Shown: in pieces, positions 38,218-47,891 of the stretch
Position numbering within the stretch: the first letter of the stretch is position 1
Layout of the letters: each line of letters opens with the position of its first letter
Assembly (NCBI GenBank): GCA_964384365.1
Contig: CAYLKF010000002.1
Location: 98,840-162,839, forward strand
Source of the DNA: an uncultured Pseudomonadota bacterium
GTDB taxonomy: Bacteria; UBA10199; JADFYH01
Length of the DNA stretch: 64,000 nt
Direction of reading: 5' to 3'
Made by a program: the position numbers and the translations under genes
The notes under the pieces: generated by a model
The model's input: the letters and a program-made list of their open reading frames with translations, nothing else
Databases searched by the model: none
Told to the model about the DNA's origin: nothing

Positions 38218-40580
38218 AGATTAGGTACCACGAAAGGTTCACGACCTTCACGCGCAGCAATTTCTCGTGCAAGCGGTAGCAAGAGTCGATACGCATAAAC
38301 TTTATCGGGGTCTGCCCCATTTTCTTGAAGCTCTAATTGGATCGTGCTCACGAGTGGATTCCAAAAATTTATAAACGAATCTTCTAAACGCGGGTATTCG
38401 CGGCAAAGCTGCCGTAACTTTTCTGCTAAGGCAGGTGTCCAATCTCTCCAGTGAGAGCCATGAGAAAAGAGCAGATACACGACATAGGTTTCCATTCGCA
38501 CAAAACGGGGATCATTCAAACGAGAGCCATCCACTAAAAAAACCTGTAAACCCGAAGGCGACGGTTCTGTAGGAAAATGATTTGTAAGGGGCGGCGGGTT
38601 TCTTAAAGGTCGTCTATAATCTAATCCGTTAAAATAGATTTCTAAAGCCGATCTAAATTCGTTCAAGTGATGCCTAGCCAGGGAGCTCATATCTTCAAGG
38701 AAAAAACCCAAGATTCTATTTTTTTCTCGGAGCGGAATGCTATCGAGAATCCTAAAAAATTCTCCAGGATTTTGACGGAAGTGAGAATAAAAAGAATCGA
38801 TCGCTTGTTTGATTTCTCTTAAGCGTTGTTCATAGATGGGGTATAGGGGCGGGAGATTTCTAAAATTTTGATCGGACCATCGTGCCATCATTCCTAAAAT
38901 AGATCCTTGAAAAGGATATTGATGAGAGTCTGTCGTTAGAAAATCCATTGTGTTCCATAAATCCATATAATTTTCTTGGCTCAGGTGTCTTAATTGTTCT
39001 GGATTTTGGAGAATTCGCAGAAAGGTCTGAAAACCCGGGCTGAATAAACCCTGAAGCGCCTGTTCTGTTCGGTGTCGAATCAGAAGACTATGTTCTTGGC
39101 TTCTGGGGTTATATAATCCAAGAAAAGTTCTCCGTTCTCCCTTATTCAGGAAAACCCAGCCCTGAATTGGCCTTCTTTGTTCATCGAGAAGAGGCAAGAT
39201 GGGAAAAGAGAGCTTCTCCATGATTTTTCTATAAAGATTTCCATTTTCCTCAAGTTCCGAGACGAGCAGGGTAGGATAGGGAGGTGTTTCAGGTGCCTCC
39301 GAGTTTCCAGCTCCATTTATAAAATCAGGAATCGATAGACGAGTTCTCTCAGGCGGTAATCTTCCCGTGGGGTTAAAAAGTCGCGCGGAATATGGGAGCC
39401 AGAATAATTCCCCTCGCGGAGTGTGGCTTACTTCTAAAGGAACATCGCCTTGATGAGGAAGCCGGCAAGGCGCAAGTAGAAGTGCTTCTTCTTCAATCGG
39501 AGGAACGATCCCCTGAGAAAGTAAAAAAGCATAGGCAAAAATTTCTTCTGCGTAGGTGGGTGCTTGAATTTCTGTATTTTCTTCTCCACTCATTAAATTG
39601 GTATTGAAAGAAGTATCGCCTTGTAAACTTACCGGCTGAATATGATCGGCGAAAAGATTTAAGGCGCGTGTTTCTCCGGGAACGTCTGCGTGTTGCCGGT
39701 GGAGTGTAGCCACCATGAATTGGCTATTGGCCTGACAAGCTCCCCCGATTGGAATCCCCAAAGCGGGAGGAAATAGAAAACCCCGCATATAAGGATTATC
39801 GCGCTCGTAAGAATCAATCGAAGAATTCAAGAAAAGTTGAATGATGATTTGATTGCGGCGCTCTAAAGAAGTTAATCCCGGAGCGGGGCGAATTCTAGCC
39901 AAAATTTGATCAAAGTCGCTGGAGAAAGTGAAGTTTTGGCCTGCAGGGAGTTGTGGCAAATTGGCTAGATATTGGGTCTCTAAAAAAAATCGACCATAAT
40001 CAAAAGAGGGATCTCGTCGATGACGACTGTAATTGATAAGTAATCGTCTCGCTTGTTCAATTTGCCTTGCATAACGGGAAGGACTCGGAGCTGTTTCTTC
40101 GGGCTGAAGTCCTCCCGAAGCCAATGCCACGGTGCCTGCTCCCCCTACAAAAGCGGCTAAGATTCCGACTCCGACTTCGAGAGCAACGGCAAATCCTCCT
40201 CCCACCCCTCCCGTTGCGCAAGTGAGGGCGATGCCCACTTGTGCACGCTCGGCACCATTTTGAGTGAGCTCGGTGTAACGATTCCAAAGCTTTTGGGCTT
40301 CCAAAAGGTGTTGATAGCTTGTGTTTAAATGGAGGGCCACTTCGTTGAGGTGGTTTCCTGCTAGATCAGCTTGAAGTGATCTAATTTCTCGCCTGCTTTG
40401 ATCAAGTAGATGCCGTAATGCAGCGGCATTATCTGCATTTTCTCCAAACGTGAAAAAATCAGAGACTTGTTGAACAAAAGATGGATGAGCGACGTAACGC
40501 GCTTCAAGTTCTTCTAATCCCTGTAATTCGTGCTGTAGAGCTTCCACACGATGGGTCAAAATTTGACGTAAAGTAACCAT
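38214..40580 (-). CDS. Large (788 aa) hypothetical protein with internal glycine-zipper hydrophobic segment
   Basis: Long uninterrupted ORF; G/A/V-rich segment GIALTCATGGVGGGFAVALEVGVGILAAFVGGAGTVALASGG; no enzymatic motif recognised. Confidence 0.6.
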   Translation of the reverse strand: MVTLRQILTHRVEALQHELQGLEELEARYVAHPSFVQQVSDFFTFGENADNAAALRHLLDQSRREIRSLQADLAGNHLNEVALHLNTSYQHLLEAQKLWNRYTELTQNGAERAQVGIALTCATGGVGGGFAVALEVGVGILAAFVGGAGTVALASGGLQPEETAPSPSRYARQIEQARRLLINYSRHRRDPSFDYGRFFLETQYLANLPQLPAGQNFTFSSDFDQILARIRPAPGLTSLERRNQIIIQLFLNSSIDSYERDNPYMRGFLFPPALGIPIGGACQANSQFMVATLHRQHADVPGETRALNLFADHIQPVSLQGDTSFNTNLMSGEENTEIQAPTYAEEIFAYAFLLSQGIVPPIEEEALLLAPCRLPHQGDVPLEVSHTPRGELFWLPYSARLFNPTGRLPPERTRLSIPDFINGAGNSEAPETPPYPTLLVSELEENGNLYRKIMEKLSFPILPLLDEQRRPIQGWVFLNKGERRTFLGLYNPRSQEHSLLIRHRTEQALQGLFSPGFQTFLRILQNPEQLRHLSQENYMDLWNTMDFLTTDSHQYPFQGSILGMMARWSDQNFRNLPPLYPIYEQRLREIKQAIDSFYSHFRQNPGEFFRILDSIPLREKNRILGFFLEDMSSLARHHLNEFRSALEIYFNGLDYRRPLRNPPPLTNHFPTEPSPSGLQVFLVDGSRLNDPRFVRMETYVVYLLFSHGSHWRDWTPALAEKLRQLCREYPRLEDSFINFWNPLVSTIQLELQENGADPDKVYAYRLLLPLAREIAAREGREPFVVPNL

Positions 40581-40639
40581 GGAGAGTGTCTGCTTTTCGG
40601 TTATGTTTTGACAAAGTTGCTTTATTTTTTAGGGCAATT

Positions 40640-42436
40640 TTACGGCTGTTTTTCTAGAATTTTATGCCGTTGGAGTTTCCCATTCGCCGTTTTAGGGAGA
40701 CTTTTTACGAAATAAATCTGTTTCGGGCATTTATAGGCCGAGAGTTTTTTTTCGCATTCTTTTTTGATTTGTATTTCTAAATTTTCATCGGCTTCAAAAT
40801 CGGATTTCAAAACTAAAAAAGCCGTGACTAAAGTTTTGCCTGCTTCGATTTCTTTTCCAATCACGGCGGATTCTTCAATTTCGGGCATTGCATTCAAAAC
40901 CGTTTCGACTTCGAGGGGAGAGATGCGATAGCCGCCTGCCGTAATCACCTCATCGCGCCGGCCTAAGAAAAAGAAATTTCCGCTCTCGTCTTTTTGGGCG
41001 AGATCGCCGCTGAGGAAGTAATCATTTTTAAATCCCTCCACACCTCCCTTTACAAAGGGAGGGGGGGAAGTGTTTCCTCCTTTTGTAAAGGGGGATTCAG
41101 GGGGATTTTTTCGATAATATCCTAACATCAAGCCCGTGCAGGAAACATGCGTAGCGAGAATCCCAGGAGTATGGGGAGGTAGTTCTTTTCCTTCTTCATC
41201 CACAATCTCTATTTTCTGATCGGGCAAGGCTTTACCACAGGAGCCTTTCACAATTTCTTCGCCCACGCGCTGTACCAGATAAACACTATGTTCACTCATG
41301 CCTAAGCCTTCGTAAATCTCAAGTTCGGTGTAATTTTTAAATTTTTCACGAATTTCTTCGGGCAGTTTTTCGCCGGCGGAATTGCAAATGCGAACTCCAT
41401 CAAACCCCACCTTTATCCTCCCCTTGATCTCAAGGGGAGGTGGGGAGGGGTTTAGCTCAAAATATTCGACCAAGCGTCGATAAATTCCGGGCACGCTCAT
41501 GAAGGTTGTGATTCCAAATTGTTTGATGAGTTGGCAAATTTTTTCGGCGTTTAAAGGGCCATTGTAAATTAAGGTGGGGAGCCCGTGCCGCCAAACATCG
41601 AGCAGGCCTGCGGTGAGGGCGTAGCTCCAATTGAGGGTACTGGTGTTAAAAATTACATCATTGAAACGGAAATCGTTCCAAAGCTTTGCGCGTGTATCGT
41701 GAGCGGGAATACTGCGGTGCGCATGAATCACTGCTTTGGGTTTTCCTTCGGTGCCGCTCGTATAAAGCCAAAAGGCAGGGTCGTTTGCCTGAGTGGGTTC
41801 CGTTTGAAATTGAGAAGAAGAATTTTTTAAGAGATCTTGGAAACGGAGGACAGACCGCCCCCCGTCCCCCTTCTTGGTAAGGAGGGGGAGGAGAGACGCC
41901 GGAGTAATGCAAAGAATGTATTTTAAAGAAGGGAGAGAATTTTTCAGAATTTCTTTGGGGAATAATTCTTCCGTTGTAACCAGCACACTCGCTTCACTAT
42001 CTTCCAAAATAAATTTTAATTCATCTTCTGTCGCTTGAACGGAACTTGGAATCGGAATGATGCCTGCTTTGATTGCTCCTAAAAAAGTGATGGGAAATTC
42101 GGGAGAATTCGGAAGTCGCAAAACAAGCCTTTCTCCTTTTTGAAGCCCTAAATTTTTTAAGGCATTCGCAATTCGATTGGTCAGGCCTTCAAGATTTGAA
42201 AATGTGAATTTTTTGATTTCCAAGCTTCCTCCCTTTTGTAAAGGGAGGTCAGGAGGAATTTTTTGATCGAGAAATCCCCCTGTATCCCCCTTTTCCAAAG
42301 GGGGAGAGAGATCTTTCACATAAATCAATGCAGGCTTATGTTTGTTGTGGGGCGACTGCGCGTTTTTATCGATGCAATCGAGCGCAATGTTGTAAGAATT
42401 GAGCATAGCTCCCTCTAGCGGGCTTTGGGCTTGCAT
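40640..42436 (-). CDS. AMP-dependent synthetase/ligase (acyl-CoA synthetase) carrying four in-frame palindromic-repeat insertions
   Basis: Adenylate-forming motifs YTSGTEGKPKAV, GYY..P, SGDL, GRRDEVI..GGYRI, PKTANGKLQR. Extra peptides TKGGNTSPPPFVKGG, PSPPPLEIKGRIKVG, TKKGDGGRS and EKGDTGG...LPLQKGGS coincide with the DNA palindromes. Confidence 0.85.
   Translation of the reverse strand: MQAQSPLEGAMLNSYNIALDCIDKNAQSPHNKHKPALIYVKDLSPPLEKGDTGGFLDQKIPPDLPLQKGGSLEIKKFTFSNLEGLTNRIANALKNLGLQKGERLVLRLPNSPEFPITFLGAIKAGIIPIPSSVQATEDELKFILEDSEASVLVTTEELFPKEILKNSLPSLKYILCITPASLLPLLTKKGDGGRSVLRFQDLLKNSSSQFQTEPTQANDPAFWLYTSGTEGKPKAVIHAHRSIPAHDTRAKLWNDFRFNDVIFNTSTLNWSYALTAGLLDVWRHGLPTLIYNGPLNAEKICQLIKQFGITTFMSVPGIYRRLVEYFELNPSPPPLEIKGRIKVGFDGVRICNSAGEKLPEEIREKFKNYTELEIYEGLGMSEHSVYLVQRVGEEIVKGSCGKALPDQKIEIVDEEGKELPPHTPGILATHVSCTGLMLGYYRKNPPESPFTKGGNTSPPPFVKGGVEGFKNDYFLSGDLAQKDESGNFFFLGRRDEVITAGGYRISPLEVETVLNAMPEIEESAVIGKEIEAGKTLVTAFLVLKSDFEADENLEIQIKKECEKKLSAYKCPKQIYFVKSLPKTANGKLQRHKILEKQP
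41055..41115. repeat. Palindromic repeat pair inside the acyl-CoA synthetase CDS
   Basis: cctcccttt-acaa-agggaggg and cctcctttt-gtaa-aggggg. Confidence 0.7.
41404..41445. repeat. Nested palindromic repeat inside the acyl-CoA synthetase CDS
   Basis: ccccacc...cctcccctt-gatc-tcaaggggagg...ggtgggg. Confidence 0.7.
41850..41895. repeat. GC-rich palindromic repeat inside the acyl-CoA synthetase CDS
   Basis: ccgccccccgtcccccttc-ttggtaa-ggagggggaggag. Confidence 0.6.
42228..42305. repeat. Palindromic repeat pair inside the acyl-CoA synthetase CDS
   Basis: cctccctttt-gtaa-agggagg and tccccctttt-ccaa-aggggga. Confidence 0.7.
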
Positions 42437-42506
42437 TCAACCGGTAAAACAAAAACCTCCTGGTCGGATGACGCAGGAGGTTTTTAGGGTAGGGAGGGTA
42501 GATGAG

Positions 42507-43946
42507 TTATCGTTGTTCTTGAATTCCTTTGTAATGAAAGTCTTTGCCTAGGCTTTTTAAGCTTTCCTCTTTATTCGGACTACTAAAGGCTCGTTGCATG
42601 GCGCCTTCTGCCTTTTTGGCTTCTGCTACTTGCCCAGAAAGTGCAGAGGAGGGAGCCATGGCGTTGGCTTCTCCTACTTTTTCTCGGTAATCATTCATCA
42701 CCTTTGCAGCACCGGCCGGATCGCCACTGGCCACTTTACGAGCACTTTCTTTTAGGGCTTTTCCGTAATTATTTTTTGTCCAGGCTTCTTCATAGACCTT
42801 TTGATTGATCGAATCGCTCACCTCATAACGCTGCGAGGCGGGGAGACACGACACATAGAGATCGGAATTAATGACGGGTACTCGATAGAAGTTTCCTTGA
42901 ACATAGAATGATAAATCGAGCTGACCTAAAGGCCGCGCAGAATAGGTGTAGGTGCTGGGGAGTGCGAGCGTTAAATAAACGACTTTCTTTTGATTTTGGT
43001 AAATGTGCCCTGGTTGAACAATATAATGATTGCCTTGACGTTGAATCGGGTAGCCCGAGGCATCCGTGAGAGTAATATCCGGGGGAAGGTCGAAATTGAT
43101 TTCTGTATTTGACGCATAAATTTCACTCGCGCCCCGGAATTCTTGAGCCAAAATACTAAACATTCCATTTGGATTTTGGAGGTAATAATAACTTCCTTGA
43201 CCACGGTCTGCTAAATTAGAAAGAAGATTTTCATTAAAATCTAAGCCCACCCCGATGGTTGAGAGTGCAAAGGGTGAAGAGGCTTTGCCCATTCCGTAGT
43301 TTTGAGAAGCGGCGATTACCATATTGCTCAAAGCAGCGGGGTCGGTAATGCCTTGATTGGCCAAGCCGTCTGAGATCAAAATAATTCTTTCAGAACGAGC
43401 AACGGAATTATTCTCACGCATCATTTGAATGGCAGTTTGAAGGCCACTGGAAATATTGGTGCTTCCACGCGGTTGGATGCCCGATATTTTTTGCTGAAGA
43501 TAATTTTTATCTTGAGAAGAAACATAACTCAAATAATGATTAATCTCGGCCTTATCGTCAAAAGAAACCAAGCCGAAACGATCTTGCGGAGAAAGCTGTT
43601 GGATCAGGGTTCTTAAACCTTGATGCGCATACTCCATTTTTTGCGCGGCCGACATGCTGCCACTGCGATCGAGCACCACAATTAAATCGGTGGGTTTGCG
43701 TGTTTCAACCGAATCAGTTTGGCGTGGGGCTTCGATATCCATCTGTAAATAAACCAGGCCATCGGAACCTTGTAAAATCTTGCCTTGTGAAAGCGAGGCC
43801 TGAACTCGAATTTGAGGTGTTTGCTTCTTTAAGATAGGAGAACCCGACTTTGCGCCCGCGCTGCAAGCGGGGGCTAAGATTTGAAGCGTTAAGAGCACGA
43901 GTATTGTGATTTGATGTTTTAAATTTTTCATAAATTTTCCTTTCAT
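42507..43946 (-). CDS. Secreted von Willebrand factor type A (vWA) domain protein
   Basis: Signal peptide; MIDAS motif DLIVVLDRSGSM; 479 aa. Confidence 0.75.
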   Translation of the reverse strand: MKGKFMKNLKHQITILVLLTLQILAPACSAGAKSGSPILKKQTPQIRVQASLSQGKILQGSDGLVYLQMDIEAPRQTDSVETRKPTDLIVVLDRSGSMSAAQKMEYAHQGLRTLIQQLSPQDRFGLVSFDDKAEINHYLSYVSSQDKNYLQQKISGIQPRGSTNISSGLQTAIQMMRENNSVARSERIILISDGLANQGITDPAALSNMVIAASQNYGMGKASSPFALSTIGVGLDFNENLLSNLADRGQGSYYYLQNPNGMFSILAQEFRGASEIYASNTEINFDLPPDITLTDASGYPIQRQGNHYIVQPGHIYQNQKKVVYLTLALPSTYTYSARPLGQLDLSFYVQGNFYRVPVINSDLYVSCLPASQRYEVSDSINQKVYEEAWTKNNYGKALKESARKVASGDPAGAAKVMNDYREKVGEANAMAPSSALSGQVAEAKKAEGAMQRAFSSPNKEESLKSLGKDFHYKGIQEQR

Positions 43947-44115
43947 GGATGAAGCACAAATGCTCCATCTGCTCCCACAATGCTGGAAATCTCCTTTGAA
44001 AAAGAGGCCTTAGTCTGTAAAAAAATGGGGGAGATCTTTTACAAATGTTTTACAGAATTTGTGTTTGGAATTCGGTATAGTGAGAGGAATGACTGAGGTC
44101 TCGGGTAAGTTTTTC

Positions 44116-44130
44116 TCCGCCTAAGGCGGA
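44116..44130. promoter_or_regulatory. 15-nt palindrome TCCGCCTAAGGCGGA in divergent promoter region (candidate operator/hairpin)
   Basis: Perfect 6-3-6 palindrome; near-identical copy at 58478-58492. Confidence 0.4.
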
Positions 44131-44226
44131 CAAACGTTACATTTTCTTTCAAAGGGAGTTAAAGCCTGTGCCCCACTTGAAATCTTCTCAAAGTTCACCA
44201 GAAACCTTAAAGTAAGAGAGGAAATT

Positions 44227-44925
44227 ATGGATGCTGGAAAAAGTAAAATTCTAATTGCTGAAGACGAAGAGAGCATTCGAAAAGGTTTGGTCGATGTTTT
44301 TGTTTATCATGGCTATCAAGTGAATGCCGTAGAAACGGGGTCTGCGGCATTAAAAGAAGCTCTTACCGGAACGTATCATTTGATTATTTTAGATGTGATG
44401 TTGCCCGAATTAGATGGCTTTAAAATTTGCGATGCCATTCGAAAAAAAGATCGTGCGCAACCCATTATTCTTCTCACTGCAAAAGGCGATGAAGAAGATA
44501 TTATTCAGGGTTTAAAATTAGGTGCCGATGATTATGTAACCAAGCCTTTTTCAATTCGAGAGCTTTTAGCCCGATGTGAGAGTGTTTTGCGGCGAAGCCC
44601 AAAGCTTCAAGTAGCCAAGCAAAAGATTGAATGGGGGAAATTTGTGATCGATCCACTCAATCTGATTTTTGAAGGGCCCCAGGGAAATATCGAGCTTACG
44701 CGTCGGGAGGTTGATTTGCTCCGTTATCTTATTCAAAATTCTGAACGGCCGGTTTCGCGGCAGGAATTATTAAAAGAAGTTTGGGGTTACCAAAATCCAC
44801 AGATGGATACCCGCACGGTCGATATTCACATGACGAAGCTGCGACGAAAAATTGAAGAAGATGCGGAAAATCCAAAAATGATTCTGACGATTCGAGGAGA
44901 AGGCTACAAAATCGTTTCGTTTTGA
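44227..44925 (+). CDS. OmpR-family two-component response regulator
   Basis: Receiver domain (ILIAEDEE...LDVMLPELDGF...TAKGDEED) and winged-helix output domain. Confidence 0.85.
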   Translation: MDAGKSKILIAEDEESIRKGLVDVFVYHGYQVNAVETGSAALKEALTGTYHLIILDVMLPELDGFKICDAIRKKDRAQPIILLTAKGDEEDIIQGLKLGADDYVTKPFSIRELLARCESVLRRSPKLQVAKQKIEWGKFVIDPLNLIFEGPQGNIELTRREVDLLRYLIQNSERPVSRQELLKEVWGYQNPQMDTRTVDIHMTKLRRKIEEDAENPKMILTIRGEGYKIVSF

Positions 44926-46913
44926 TTTTTATGACAAAACTTCGCCTTCAATTTTTAGCTTTCTTTATCTTGCTCCAATTAGGGGTGATTTTTCTTTTGG
45001 GGAATTCTTATCGGCAGATGAGAATTGAAGAAAAAAGTTTGTGGGAAGGCGAAAGCGCCAAAGTTTATAATCAAATGCAGGCGCAGATTAGTGATTTTCT
45101 AAATTTAGAAGATGCACGTTCTTTTAAAGATTACCGTTTTTCCCAATCAAAAGAAGGAGAGGCTTTTACCACACGCTCTCCGCTCTCGGAGATTTCTCCC
45201 GTGGGTTTGCCCAAAGGGTGGCTAGGATATTTTCAAGTTGAGCCCGATGGAGGTTTTTCGACTCCCTATCTTCCTCCCGAAAATCCGAAATCTTTAAGTG
45301 ATTATTCCGAGCGTTTTCGCAAGCAAACAGAATTAGAGAAAAGTACCCTTCGTTTTCGAAAAGAGATGCAAGGTGCTTTGGCCGAGCGCGTGTCTCCAAA
45401 AGATGTTTCTATTCCCCACTTAAAGCCGCCCCCTGCGCCCGCCAAAGTTTTTGATGCAAAAGAAAAGGCTAAATCGGCACCGAATGTTTATCCAAACCCC
45501 ATTGCCGAAAAAAAGCAGGAAGCTAAATCGGGAGAAATGGAAAGCCCAAAAATGGCAGCTCCTGCGGCCGATTATTCTTCTCAGCTCGGCCGACGAGAAG
45601 AAACGGTGCAAGAAGGTTCTATACAAAATTTCCGACAAACTCAGTCTTCTGCTTCTTCTGCAGCGGGCCCCACCCTTAAGAAATCAAGAGCTGCTCCTCT
45701 CAAAGAATCTTCGCAGAGGCCGATAGAGCCGGTGCCCGCAGGCGCTCCAAAACCCTCTTCTTTCGCTCAAAGCTCTGAGCTCAATAAAACCACTTCGATT
45801 GTTTGGCTCGATCCTTTTCAGGCAAAAGTCTCGGGGCAGTTTTTGATTTTTTTTAGACGAGTTTCGGTTGATCAAAAAATGTATTTGCAGGGCTTTGTTT
45901 TAGAGACTCAGAAATTTTTTGAAGCCCTGATGCAGAATAGTTTTGAAAATTCGGAGTTGCCAAAATTTTCTTGGGTGCGTTGGGTCTGGGAAGACGAATT
46001 GATTGCGCAATATGGGCAAGTTCAGTCGGCTTCCAATAAACAAAATACCTTGTTTTGGCGCTGGATGGCCTATCCTTTAAATTCGATTCGTTGGAAAGTA
46101 GTGGGGGAGGCTTGGCCGCAAGTCTCAACGCGTTTGTATTTAAATATTCTCTCTGCCGGGCTCTTCTTATTTTCAACTCTTGGCTTGTTTTGGATTTACC
46201 GTTCGTCGGCTGCTCAGATTCGGCTCTCTCAAAAGCGCCAAGATTTTGTGGCAGCGGTGAGCCATGAATTGAAAACACCACTCACCTCCATCCGTATGTA
46301 TAGCGAAATGCTCGAAGATGATTGGGTAAAAGATGAAGCGAAGAAAAAAGAATATTATCAAAACATTCATCAAGAAAGTGAGCGCTTATCACGCTTGATT
46401 GAAAATGTTTTGCAAATGGCAAGGCTCGAAAAACAAAACCACCCCGTTCATCTCATTAAACAAAACCCAGAAGCTGATTTAAAACATTGGGCTCTACAAT
46501 TTGAGACTCTCGCCCAAAAAGAAGGTTTTGAATTTGTTTTGAAACTTCCGGATTCTCTTCCTTCTATTGAATATGATCCGGATGCCCTGAAAGAAATTTT
46601 TCTAATCTTCATGGAGAATAGTATTAAATTTTCTAAAAATGCTTCGAAGAAATTATTAGAATTGATTGTGAAGGTAGATGGATCTTTTCTGAATTTTGTG
46701 TGGAGAGATTATGGCCCTGGAGTGCCCGAGGCTGAACTCCGAAAGATTTTCGAGAAGTTTTATCGAATTGAAAATGAGCTTACCCGCAAAACCAAAGGGA
46801 CTGGTATTGGGCTAGCCATTGCAAAAATGACGATGGAGTCTATGAGGGCAAGCATTGAGGCAAAAAACCGAGAAGAGGGGTTAGATATTCTCTTAAAATT
46901 TCCTATTTCTTAA
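44922..46913 (+). CDS. Sensor histidine kinase with large low-complexity extracytoplasmic region
   Basis: Two TM segments; H-box AAVSHELKTPLTSI; HATPase N/G boxes (FMENSIKFS, GTGIGLAIAK). 4-nt overlap with the regulator. Confidence 0.85.
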   Translation: MIFMTKLRLQFLAFFILLQLGVIFLLGNSYRQMRIEEKSLWEGESAKVYNQMQAQISDFLNLEDARSFKDYRFSQSKEGEAFTTRSPLSEISPVGLPKGWLGYFQVEPDGGFSTPYLPPENPKSLSDYSERFRKQTELEKSTLRFRKEMQGALAERVSPKDVSIPHLKPPPAPAKVFDAKEKAKSAPNVYPNPIAEKKQEAKSGEMESPKMAAPAADYSSQLGRREETVQEGSIQNFRQTQSSASSAAGPTLKKSRAAPLKESSQRPIEPVPAGAPKPSSFAQSSELNKTTSIVWLDPFQAKVSGQFLIFFRRVSVDQKMYLQGFVLETQKFFEALMQNSFENSELPKFSWVRWVWEDELIAQYGQVQSASNKQNTLFWRWMAYPLNSIRWKVVGEAWPQVSTRLYLNILSAGLFLFSTLGLFWIYRSSAAQIRLSQKRQDFVAAVSHELKTPLTSIRMYSEMLEDDWVKDEAKKKEYYQNIHQESERLSRLIENVLQMARLEKQNHPVHLIKQNPEADLKHWALQFETLAQKEGFEFVLKLPDSLPSIEYDPDALKEIFLIFMENSIKFSKNASKKLLELIVKVDGSFLNFVWRDYGPGVPEAELRKIFEKFYRIENELTRKTKGTGIGLAIAKMTMESMRASIEAKNREEGLDILLKFPIS

Positions 46914-46918
46914 GAGCC

Positions 46919-47632
46919 TTATCTTCTGCGGCCAAAAAGACGCAATAAACTTAAAAACAGATTAATGAAATCAAGATAAAGCGTTAACGCGCCGCTAATC
47001 GCTTCTTTTTGATTTTCATCGGTTCCTTCATTTCCAATAATATTCATCTGCTTGATTTTTTGGGTATCGTAGGCCGTTAACCCTGCAAAAACAATCACTC
47101 CTACAATCGCATAGACTTTGCTGCTTGTCTCGGTCCACAAGCTCGAAAAGAAAAGGCTTAAAAGTCCAAAGCCTACCAAACCAAAAAGTCCCATGGTGCA
47201 AAAAGTACCGATGGGCCCTAAATCTTTTTTGGTAAAATATCCGATGGCTCCTAAGCCCGCAAAAGAGAAAGCGGTGAGTAAGAAAATAGAGGCGATACTA
47301 TCCTGAGTAAAAATAAGAAAAATGATAGAAAAAGTTACTCCATTGAGCGCGGAGTAAGTCATAAATAAGGCCAAGGCAGTGAGTGAATTAATTTTCGGGA
47401 GAAGAAACGAGAAAGCCAAGACCATTCCAAATTCGGCGAAGAGTAATCCGTAAAACAGAACCTTATTTTGAACAATTTTTACAGCTAAGTCTTGGTTATT
47501 TCCGATGAAATAGCTGATCAGCGCCGTGAGGAGAATCCCCAGCGTCATCCAAGAATACACCTTCGACATAAATCGTGCATTTTCTTCGGCGATGGCCTGA
47601 GTGGAAAGATTTTGTGGAAAAGAAGTGTGCAT
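46919..47632 (-). CDS. Bax-inhibitor-1/YccA-family membrane protein
   Basis: Seven-TM 237-aa protein with N-terminal FMSKVYSWMTLGILLTALISYF, typical of the BI-1/YccA family. Confidence 0.75.
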   Translation of the reverse strand: MHTSFPQNLSTQAIAEENARFMSKVYSWMTLGILLTALISYFIGNNQDLAVKIVQNKVLFYGLLFAEFGMVLAFSFLLPKINSLTALALFMTYSALNGVTFSIIFLIFTQDSIASIFLLTAFSFAGLGAIGYFTKKDLGPIGTFCTMGLFGLVGFGLLSLFFSSLWTETSSKVYAIVGVIVFAGLTAYDTQKIKQMNIIGNEGTDENQKEAISGALTLYLDFINLFLSLLRLFGRRR

Positions 47633-47652
47633 TTGGATCTCCTATAGCGTTT

Positions 47653-47727
47653 CAACTTTTAATGAGTACGAATGTGCTCATTAAAAGTTAGAAATACTTA
47701 CCGCATAAAGAGCGGCCCCTCTTTATG
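47653..47727. promoter_or_regulatory. Two palindromes in the divergent promoter region upstream of the Pls-like gene
   Basis: aacttttaatgagtac-gaat-gtgctcattaaaagtt (16-nt arms) and cataaagag-cggccc-ctctttatg. Confidence 0.4.
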
Positions 47728-47891
47728 GGGTGGTTTGTGAATGTAAAGTTGTCCTAATTGGAAGTTAATAAACCATAAAAGATAAAAAATCTTAGAACCC
47801 ATAGTACACCAAAGAAGTTTCAGAGATAAAGGTTGTTTTTGGGGAAATACTTGAAACGAGTCTAAAATCTAGTGTAATCCCCGTTTCGTCC

